64,000 nucleotides of DNA. It comes from Octopus bimaculoides (Eukaryota). The first letter of the stretch is position 1; the number at the start of each line of letters is the position of its first letter. The DNA lies in the NCBI RefSeq assembly GCF_001194135.2, contig NC_069008.1, positions 10,767,833-10,831,832 of the forward strand, read 5' to 3'. Of this stretch, positions 54,151-64,000 are shown one piece after another. Under the pieces are notes generated by a model. It ran no database searches and was not told the DNA's origin. It saw only the letters and a program-made list of their open reading frames with translations. The translations under genes and the position numbers were made by a program.

Positions 54151-55539
54151 CATGGCTACTGAATAGGTGTCACATATTTTTACATATAAATTCCTCTATT
54201 TACATAATATCAAGGTCTCTTTCTTTCTTTTGTTGTCCTTCCTATCAATATATATANNNNNNNNNNNNNNNNNNNNNNNNNNNNNNNNNNNNNNNNNNNN
54301 NNNNNNNNNNNNNNNNNNNNNNNNNNNNNNNNNNNNNNNNNNNNNNNNNNNNNNNNNNNNNNNNNNNNNNNNNNNNNNNNNNNNNNNNNNNNNNNNNNNN
54401 NNNNNNNNNNNNNNNNNNNNNNNNNNNNNNNNNNNNNNNNNNNNNNNNNNNNNNNNNNNNNNNNNNNNNNNNNNNNNNNNNNNNNNNNNNNNNNNNNNNN
54501 NNNNNNNNNNNNNNNNNNNNNNNNNNNNNNNNNNNNNNNNNNNNNNNNNNNNNNNNNNNNNNNNNNNNNNNNNNNNNNNNNNNNNNNNNNNNNNNTATAT
54601 ATAAAAGGAGCAAAAATACTGGAGAATCAGTATACAACACGTGGCAGAATTATATATATATGTTGTTATGAATGAAAAATTACATTCAGATAATTTCTCA
54701 TTTGTACAACACCGAATTAGAACACCGCTCTTTGGTTTTGCAAGTGAAGACGAAAAAATAATTCTTTGTGGTCATGTGACTGTTTAAAGTGTAGTAGGTA
54801 TGATTTTGGCATACTTTTTACTGTTTGGGCAAACTATAAAGACTACATAGTGAGTTGCCCACATAGTGAGTTAGTTCATGCTGGAAGTTTTGCTGGAAAC
54901 TGATGGTATTGAACCGATGGTTCGAAGTCTGCTGGAAGACGATGCAAGCAGTTTTATGTAGTATTCGGTGCCATGCAGTCAATGTGTGAGATGGTGCCAG
55001 GCAATTTTGTGTAGAATAGTTGACACAGTATTCAGTGTCGAATGTGAATTTGGTTTCAGTGGTTAATGCGAATGGTGGAAGGTTGTGAACTGGCTGTGAA
55101 AACAGTGAACTTGGTAATGTAAATGTAAAGTATATGGAATGGTACCATGAGTTTGGAAGTAACAATAATCCAGTCGAAAAAAAAGAGATAGAAAAAAAGA
55201 TAGAAAATAAATCATCAGACTGGTGAATAAAATAAGAGCTTACCAAAAGAAATCTACACATTTCAGAGGTAGAGGAAAGAACTCCCTAAAACTTCCTAAA
55301 GAACTGTCTATTTATTCCATGAATGTTTATTCACTTCTTAATTAAAGTTCTTGTATTTTGGTTATACTCAATGGTTTATTTGTTATTCTCAGCTCTCCTG
55401 ACTTCTTTGACAACTGCTTCTTCTGCTCTAAGCAAGTTGGTTTGCTGAGGTCACCTGTGTGGTTTTCAGTGCTATCAGACACAAACCGTTGGAGCCTGTT
55501 GATGTGAACAGGAGGTCATGTGTGGTGTAACAATATATA

Positions 55540-56000
55540 TATATATTTATTATATATATATATAATTAAAATATAGGGTAAAAATCAGATATTAATTAAT
55601 ATCGATTTATTACCAGGAAGCTAGCACATTGAAAGAATCCGAGAGATTCAGAAAAAATATCTGAGATCTTAGGGGATTAAGGTATATGTTTATATATATA
55701 AATTTGACCAGTAAAGTGGAAATTTAATGTGCTAGAAATAGACCACATGTTGTGTCTACTAAGACCTAGTAGTTTTCAAAAGAAATTCAGCGAAATACCA
55801 AAGCGTAAGCGAGCAAGACATTGAAAATTACATACATAAAATTAAAACATTGTTATTCGCAGACCAGGTTTCGGAGTTAAAAATCTCTTACCGAGAAAAT
55901 CTGTTCCTCTTCAGCGCGAACTGCAAGAGTTATAATTCTCAGAATCTTATACAAGTTGTTCACCCCTAGAGGCAAACGTGTATATGGTTCTGCTAATTAT
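55540..56000 (-). mobile_element. Diverged copy of the 23.2-kb retrozyme-like family
   Basis: Aligns antisense to ~23200-23460 and ~23600-23860. HHR at 55856-55920. Confidence 0.7.
55856..55920 (-). ncRNA. Minimal type-I hammerhead motif, intact core
   Basis: TTCGCG-CTGAAGA-GGA...TCC-GAAA-CCTGG-TC-TGCGAA; GUC site. Confidence 0.85.
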
Positions 56001-56032
56001 AACGTACTGGTAAAAATCAAATGTCTTCATTT

Positions 56033-56319
56033 TATATATTAGAAAAAATAATAATCAGGTATTCAGATGCCTGGATGGTTGTATATTTACAGATTTTTAT
56101 TCATATGTCACATGTTTTATAAATTAGCACTTTCACCTAGACGTGTAAGTTTATCAAATTTTGAGAGAAATTAGTCTTGTAGGTTTATCAAAATTTGATA
56201 AACCTACACAACTAGGTAAAAGCACTAATTTATAAAACATGTGACATATGAATAAAAAATCTGTAAATATACAACCATCCAGACATCTGAGTACATGATT
56301 ATTATTTTTTCTAATATAT
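56033..56319. repeat. Palindromic foldback element (~132-bp arms, 23-bp spacer)
   Basis: 56033-56164 pairs with 56188-56319; nested perfect 15-bp hairpin at 56178-56208. Confidence 0.88.
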
Positions 56320-57949
56320 AATTCCTGTACATCACCTCCAAACCTTCCAATATATATATATATATACAATTATACTCACAAACTCATACACACATACATG
56401 CATACACACCCATACATACACATATACTTTATCTTTTACTTGTTTCAGTCATTAGACTGTGGACATGCTGGAGCACTACCTTGAATTTTTAGTCACCTGA
56501 ATTAATGCCAGTATTTATTTATTAAACTCAATACTTATTCTATTGGTCTTTTTTGCCAAACTGGTAAGTTATGGGAATGCAAACACATCAACATCAGTTG
56601 TTAAGTGGTGGTAGGATAAACACAGACACAAAGACACACACACATAGACATACATACATATATACATACATAACAGGCTTGTTTTAGTTTCCATCTACCA
56701 AGTCCACTCACAAGGCTTTGGTTGTCCTGAGGCTAGAGTAGAAAACAGCTGCCCAAGGTGCTATACAGTGGTACTGAACCAGGAACCATGTGCTTGGGAA
56801 GCAAGCTTCTTACCATACAGCCATGCCTGTGCCTAAAGATAGTTGCATTGGCTGGGATAAATACATGCATACATTGAACTTACTCTTATCTAGTGTTGGC
56901 TGCTCTAAATGTGTGCATGTAGACATAAACACACACACACACATATACATATGTGCTTGTATATATGTACATCCTCACTCACATAAATAATTATATGTGT
57001 GTATGTACGAATATTTCAATAGTATACATGTTACTCCAAGAAATCACGTAAACCAACCAGAAACATTGTAATAAAAACGACATTCTGTAATAATTGCTTT
57101 CCATTTCCTGCAAGAATGATTTTATGCTCTGCTCTGATATGTTACTCTCTCCGTCTTCTTTACTCATTCTCTTGACTGACTATCCAAAGCAGCATGTTCC
57201 ACTATCAATAATTTCATGTTTTCAGTATAAATTAAAGACTTGCTCTCATATCTACTTTAAAAGCAATTCCATTACTATCTCCTCACAAAACCACCAATCT
57301 CTCTTTTTTTTTTATTTGTTGTTCCCGTTTTTTTTATGTCACCTTTATTCTACTACAGTTATTCTTAGCCATGATCCATATGGTCCCTGAGGGTCCATAT
57401 AAGATTTATGCTGGTCCATGCACCAAAATAGTAAATTGGGGTCCACAATAGTATTCTAAGGGCCCCTGAAAGAGTTTTGCTTTAGATGTATATATATGTA
57501 TATATTTGGTATATATTGCAAGACGCAACTAGGTATTTTTTTCTCTAGCACTTTACATAATTCAACCTACACAAGCTAATGTGTGAAAAACAAAATAGGA
57601 ATTTTGAAAGAAGTTTCTATAAAAATAGTTTTTAAAAATAGAATGGCTATGAGGGTCCACCAGAATAAAATAGTAATCAAAGGGGTCCATAGGTAAAAAA
57701 ATGGTTGAGAACCCCTGTTGTACATGAAAGTATGTGACCTCATGGTAAGGTTGAAGCTTCTATACAAAGGGTATGCCTATATTATTGAATTGGCCAATCA
57801 GTCAATTGTCCTGTCTGTAAGTTGTCTGTCAGTCAACTGTCCATAAGAATATTTCTTGGTGAGTATTCAGCGAGCCAGGACTAATTGAGTCTTTAAATAT
57901 TCTGGCTCATTCAGTTACACAGAACTTGGAGCATCCACTCCTGTTATAT

Positions 57950-58660
57950 AGATGTACCTTTCACTCTGAGAGAGAGAGAGAACTTTTATTGCCAACAGAG
58001 GTAGTAGCTCTCTGAACTTCCATCCTCTTCTTATTCTAGAAACAATACTTTCAGAGCATCTACCACCATTAATAATTTGGCCACCTAAGTAGCTGAAACT
58101 ATTACTACCTCAAGAGAGCCTGCTGGGCTTTTGGGAGAGTCTAAGTCTCATGTGTTCTTAGTGCTTATTGTTCCTGCACATCTGCCACACACGAAAGTGA
58201 CCTTATCCGTTAATCTACCAGTGATTCCACTGCATCTCTTATGCATCCATAGCTTACACTGGGTGCAACGAATGGAATTACTTCCCACTTCTTTCCTACA
58301 TATTGAGCAGGCTCATTTACCTGACAGAAAGAGAGTCTTATCTGCTTTCTTGCTAACGACTACTTTAGCCTTTGCTTGTTTAACTTTAAGGCTCTTTGAT
58401 GCCAGGTTTTGCTTCCTTACCTGGAACTTCTTCTCTAATTCTGGTTCAGATTCTGCAATAAGAGCGAGTTCATCAGCATATGGCAGTTCTTGTGAGCATC
58501 CAGTTTTGAATTCCTCTGTTATGGCCTGGAGGACTATGATAAATAAGAGTGGAGTAAGAATTGATCCCTGGTGAGTTCTAGGTTGTGTGTTAAATTCATC
58601 ACTGTATTCAAGGCTGACTCTCACCTTACTGGCAGCACCACTCTACATGGCTTGTATGGC
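57950..58660 (-). mobile_element. Inverted second copy of the 45.3-kb RTE fragment
   Basis: 58018-58355 is identical to the reverse complement of 45731-46068. Confidence 0.9.
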
Positions 58661-59820
58661 TCTACTCCTAGCTTAGGGACCACCAGATAACAGAAGAGGG
58701 CACCCTGTCAAAAGCGTTCTCCAAGTACAATGGTTTACTTTTAGTCAAATTCTTGTAACTGACTCACCAGGAAGATGGCATCTGTGGTACTTCTCCAATG
58801 AAAGAAACCAAACTACATCTCATCTAGTTTAATTCTATTCCTGATCAATTGAACTACAACTCTCTCTAACTTTCATGATCCAGTCCTGCAATCTAATAAC
58901 TCTGATAAAGATCCTTCCCTTGTCATAAAGACCAGTTTCTTGGTTTCCATGGTGCATACATTCCCCCCTGGTCCCTGCAGGATTTCTCAGTTTTGCCAGC
59001 TGAGTGGACTGGAGCGTCAACATCCTAACGACTAAACCATACACCACCACACACATGCACGTGCATGTGTGTGCATACATACAGTACAGGACTGTGATTA
59101 AAAAGTGTGCTTCCCTGTGGCACCTTGGGCATGGGTCCTTGGCTGACCAATAGCAAGGTGAGACACACATAAGAAAGAAGGAAACAAAGGACCACTGATG
59201 AGGTCACAGAAGTGTGATGAAAGAACTCTGCCCGAAATAAGATTAAGATTAATGTAATATAAAGCTGAAGCAAATTAACACCAAATATACAGTGCGTGTG
59301 TTTTTATGGCTAAACTGGCAATATGACCATCCCCAAGTACAACAATATATATATATATATATATANNNNNNNNNNNNNNNNNNNNNNNNNNNNNNNNNNN
59401 NNNNNNNNNNNNNNNNNNNNNNNNNNNNNNNNNNNNNNNNNNNNNNNNNNNNNNNNNNNNNNNNNNNNNNNNNNNNNNNNNNNNNNNNNNNNNNNNNNNN
59501 NNNNNNNNNNNNNNNNNNNNNNNNNNNNNNNNNNNNNNNNNNNNNNNNNNNNNNNNNNNNNNNNNNNNNNNNNNNNNNNNNNNNNNNNNNNNNNNNNNNN
59601 NNNNNNNNNNNNNNNNNNNNNNNNNNNNNNNNNNNNNNNNNNNNNNNNNNNNNNNNNNNNNNNNNNNNNNNNNNNNNNNNNNNNNNNNNNNNNNNNNNNN
59701 NNNNNNNNNNNNNNNNNNNNNNNNNNNNNNNNNNNNNNNNNNNNNNNNNNNNNNNNNNNNNNNNNNNNNNNNNNNNNNNNNNNNNNNNNNNNNNNNNNNN
59801 NNNNNNNNNNNNNNNNNNNN

Positions 59821-59876
<56 letters not shown>

Positions 59877-60241
59877 AAAAGATAGGCAGACAGATAGATA
59901 CATATACATATATAAAACTGTATGTATATGTGTGTGTGTGACTGTGAGTGTATGTATGTTTGTTTGTGTCTCCTCTTGACATTGTGTGACAACTGTAAAT
60001 GAATTTCACAGTTGTAAAAGAAAGCCATTTATCACCAATATTCTATGAGAACATGTCTAATCATGGAGAAATATTACTTTGCTTGGAAACTGGTGAGGGT
60101 TGGAGACAGGGAGGGCATTCAGTTGCAGGGAATATATCCCAATAAACTCTGCCTGATCAATACAAGCATGGAAGATTGGATGATGATGATGATGATGATG
60201 ATGATAACGATGATGACATCAATGACGACAGTGATGATGAA

Positions 60242-60278
<37 letters not shown>

Positions 60279-60377
60279 CAACTGTGTCACTCATTGCCAG
60301 CATCATTCACAGGCAGACATTTCTCAATCTTCTGTCTTTGTTATTTTCTTTACATATTCATTCAGTTCTTTCTGTAG

Positions 60378-60486
60378 GAATCTTGTCAACCAGCTGGAAA
60401 TGAAATATGAAGCAATATCTTTTAGAGTTGAAATACAATATGAGACATTAAAAATTTCTTGGCCGGAGAGCTATAAAAGTTCCTAA
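60378..60486 (+). CDS. Weak candidate exon (NLVNQLEMKYEAISFRVEIQYETLKISWPESYKSS*)
   Basis: Strong acceptor ttcagttctttctgtag and an open frame to a stop; no clear donor or homology. Confidence 0.18.
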
Positions 60487-61180
60487 TTTGAAAATCTTGT
60501 CTACTGAAGGTTTTCACATAGTTCAAATATCTTGGAAAATATCATTGTGGNNNNNNNNNNNNNNNNNNNNNNNNNNNNNNNNNNNNNNNNNNNNNNNNNN
60601 NNNNNNNNNNNNNNNNNNNNNNNNNNNNNNNNNNNNNNNNNNNNNNNNNNNNNNNNNNNNNNNNNNNNNNNNNNNNNNNNNNNNNNNNNNNNNNNNNNNN
60701 NNNNNNNNNNNNNNNNNNNNNNNNNNNNNNNNNNNNNNNNNNNNNCTCCTCCACTGCCTCTTCTTCCTCCTCCTCCTCAGCCTCCTCCTCAGCCTCCTCC
60801 TCATCCTCCTTCCCACCTCCTCTGCGTCCATCCATTGTGGTGGTGGTTGTCATCATCACTCTCCCCCATCATCATCATCATCATCATCATCATCACTTGC
60901 TGGTGGTATTTAATGGCCCTCCTGAATGCCAACCTTGTTTTTCATTACACTACACCTTTGCACATTGAACCTCAGATAGACTTTTTGTTTATGAGAGATT
61001 AAAACTGCTACTGCTGAAACAGTGTTAGTGTGAAGATATGTGGAGATAAACAGAGATGCACATGAACACATCTGCATACATACCCATATATACATATAAG
61101 CATACATACTTAAATTCATAGACTCATATACACATAAACAGCATTAAAGCTATATGATTATTAAAACATTCATACATATC

Positions 61181-61284
<104 letters not shown>

Positions 61285-61289
61285 GTGTA

Positions 61290-61582
61290 GGCACAGGAAT
61301 GGCTGTATGGTAAGTAGCTTGACAAGTGTCTTCTACTATAGCTTCGGGTTGGACGGTTTGACTGAGGGCTGGCAAGCCAGAAGACTGCACCAGGCTCCAA
61401 ACTGATCTGGCAAAGTTTCTACAGCTGGATTCCCTTCCTAATGCCAACCACTCCGAGTAGTGGGTGCTTTTTATGTGCCACCAGCACAAGGGCCAGTCAG
61501 GCGGTACTGGCATCGATCACGCTTGAATGGTGCTTTTTATGTGCCACCAGCATGGGAGCCAGTCGGGCTGCACTGGCATATG

Positions 61583-61626
<44 letters not shown>

Positions 61627-61805
61627 TGTCATCCCACCATTGCTTGACAACTGATGTTGGTGTGTTTATGTCTGTGTAACTTAGCGGTTCAGCAAAAGTG
61701 ACTGATAGGATAAGTACCAGGCTTACAAAGAATAATTCCTGATTTGTTTGACTAAAAGCAGTGCTCCAGCATGGCCATTGTCAAATGACTGAAACAAATA
61801 AAAAT
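61290..61805 (+). mobile_element. Chimera: SINE A head, antisense RTE 3' UTR, SINE A 3' half
   Basis: The sequence switches at gcttcggg|ttggacgg and returns to SINE sequence after (TG)n at ~61625. Confidence 0.7.
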
Positions 61806-62249
61806 ATATATGTGTGTGTGTGCGTTTATATATCTAAATATATATCATCTTATTCTTTTACCTGTTTTAGTATTTGACTGTGGCCATGCTGGAGCACTGC
61901 CTCTAAGGGATTTTTAGTCAAAGAAATTGACCTCAGGACTTAGTCGTCATGAGCCTAGTACTTATTCTATTGGTGTCTTTTGCCGAATATAAGCATACCA
62001 ACATCGGTTATCAAGTAACGGTTAGCTGACAAACACTGACACAAAGACACACACGTACAAATGTATGACAGGCTTCTTTCAGTTTTCGACTACCAAATCC
62101 ACTCACAAGCTATTGGTTGGCCCAAAGCTATAGTAGAAGACAAGTTTTTACAAGGCTGGAGTGCAAATTCTATCTCAACTCATTTTAGTCACATTTTATC
62201 ACATGCAGAGAAAACAAGAAAGGAAAAATTAGAACCAGAAGAAAGATTG

Positions 62250-63055
62250 GTTGTGACCAATTAGAAAACATTGTGGTAAAGAATTGTAGTTGTAAAGACA
62301 AGAATGCATGTTTGTAGGAAATGAATACCTTTGTAAGAACCTAATATGCAAATGTACAGTGAGAAGTATTCTGCCTGTCCATCAGGAGTGATCATTTTCA
62401 CTCTGGTGTTCTCATACAGCTTACTTATTGCTCTCAGAATTCCTGGTGGAATATCATATGCTTTAAGTATCTTCATCATCATCCCTCTATGTACTGAATC
62501 AAAAGCCTTCCAGCTTCACATTGTCATTTAGTAGTTTGTTTGCAAATTCAAAGTTGATGTCTAAATCACACCTTTTTAGTACTTCTGGTGGGATGTTGTC
62601 AGGACCCATTTGTTTTCCTTCTTTCAGGTTACTCGTAGCTCTTTCTATTTCTTGTTTTGTGAAGTCTACATCCTCGATTTGCAAACTAGTTGTTATACGA
62701 AGATGCTTAGAATGGCATTCAATGTGTCCTGGAAGAGTCATACAACAAATGCCGACTTATACCAGGGACTACCAAAAGTAACATTGAAGGATGAGGCTAG
62801 CTGGACACTGCATCAGACATACCCATGAAATTGCTAACAAGCTAATGCGCTGGCAACCAACGGAAAGAAGAAAACAGAAGAAGGAGGAAGTCGACCTATA
62901 TTGACAACTTGCTGGAAGATACTGGTATGGAAGGGGTGCAGGAGCTGACGACCATTACAGAAGATTGAGATGAGTGGAGAAAACGTGTGGAAAGAGTCTT
63001 GGGGCATCCTGAGGGACGACCTAGATAGATAAATAGATAGATAAATAGATAGATA
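62250..63055. mobile_element. 5'-inverted RTE-type LINE copy
   Basis: Minus: FTKQEIERATSNLKEGKQMGPDNIPPEVLK and KILKAYDIP...LYENT. Plus from ~62680: CYTKMLRMAFNVSWKSHTTNADLY...; (TAGA)n tail at 63022-63055. Confidence 0.75.
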
Positions 63056-63946
63056 CAGGGAGAATGCTTGCATTTGTATATATTGCTTCAAAAATTGACA
63101 TTGGAACCACAATGTACCATTTAAAAGTAATAATAAGAGACAATGTACATCACTGACTGACCTGGTCCAGAAACTTAAGGGAAAAAAAGTGCAATACAGC
63201 ATTTCATGGATGTAATAAAAAAATGCATATCCATACAATATGTTCTCATGATCTTGCAATCTCTGTTCTGAAGAAGTCTTGTGCATTTTAATGTGTACAC
63301 ATAAACTGGTGAATAAGTACTCCAAAAAGAGCTATTAGATGTAACCACAGGCTAAAATACTCATTTTCGCAGTTTTGTAAAATTTTGTAAATTTTGTAAA
63401 TTTTGTAAAATCCTTGAATCTCTATTGGTTTAATCTACTTTACTCTTTCTTTCTTTATTGTATTGTACATATTTATCTCAGGTCTTTAAAAATAGCTAAA
63501 TGTATGTAAGAAGAATATATGTGTGTGTATGTATGTATATATATAAATCAAACTATATACATTACCTTGTGTGTGGGTTAGAGCTAGGTAAAGAATGTTT
63601 GTTAGTAATGTATATTTGTTTGTTAGAAGTGTTTGTATAGAAGTGTATGTCTCCATACATAAATAGATATATGTGGGTGTATTCTATTTTACTCTATATC
63701 TGTGTCATATTGTATTACCTTTATTCTTTTATTCTTTTATTTGCTTCAATCATTTGACTGCAGCCATGCTGGAGCACCACCTTTATTCGAGCAAATCAAC
63801 CTCAGGACTTATTCTTTGTAAGCCTAGTACTTATTCTATCAGTCTCTTTTGCCGAACCACTAAGTTATGGGGATGTAAACACACCAGCATTGGTTGTCAA
63901 GTGATGTTAGGTGGGGGGACAAACACAGACACACAAACATATATGT

Positions 63947-64000
<54 letters not shown>

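Noticed and set aside
59195-59235. CTGATGA-G-GTCAC/GTGAT-GAAA hammerhead half
   Set aside because: No convincing stem I, and the cleavage position would be G; at most a decayed motif.
62834-63325. 163-aa minus-strand ORF
   Set aside because: It runs into (TCTA)n and antisense LINE sequence, has a non-ATG start and no recognisable domain.

Overview
Repeat-saturated, AT-rich eukaryotic DNA with many N gaps, most bordered by (TA)n. The SINE/LINE repertoire suggests an octopus-type cephalopod genome from a short-read assembly (inference). I find no recognisable host protein-coding gene, rRNA, functional tRNA or CRISPR array; the window looks intronic or intergenic. It holds tRNA-derived SINEs (at least 4 families), RTE-clade LINE fragments, two lineages of Penelope-like elements (PLEs), Tc1/mariner relics (DD34D and DD37D), hAT-type MITEs, a probable Helitron and many microsatellites. 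The main signal is RNA-structural. About ten minimal type-I hammerhead ribozyme (HHR) motifs, some intact and some mutated, occur in at least six distinct, mostly (TA)n-associated repeat families, and related copies show compensatory stem changes. The most striking case is a tRNA-headed SINE with an HHR-bearing 3' tail, inserted with an inverted copy of that tail and a 12-bp target-site duplication (TSD), consistent with a SINE mobilised by PLE machinery. All folds and alignments were done by eye; none were computed or searched.
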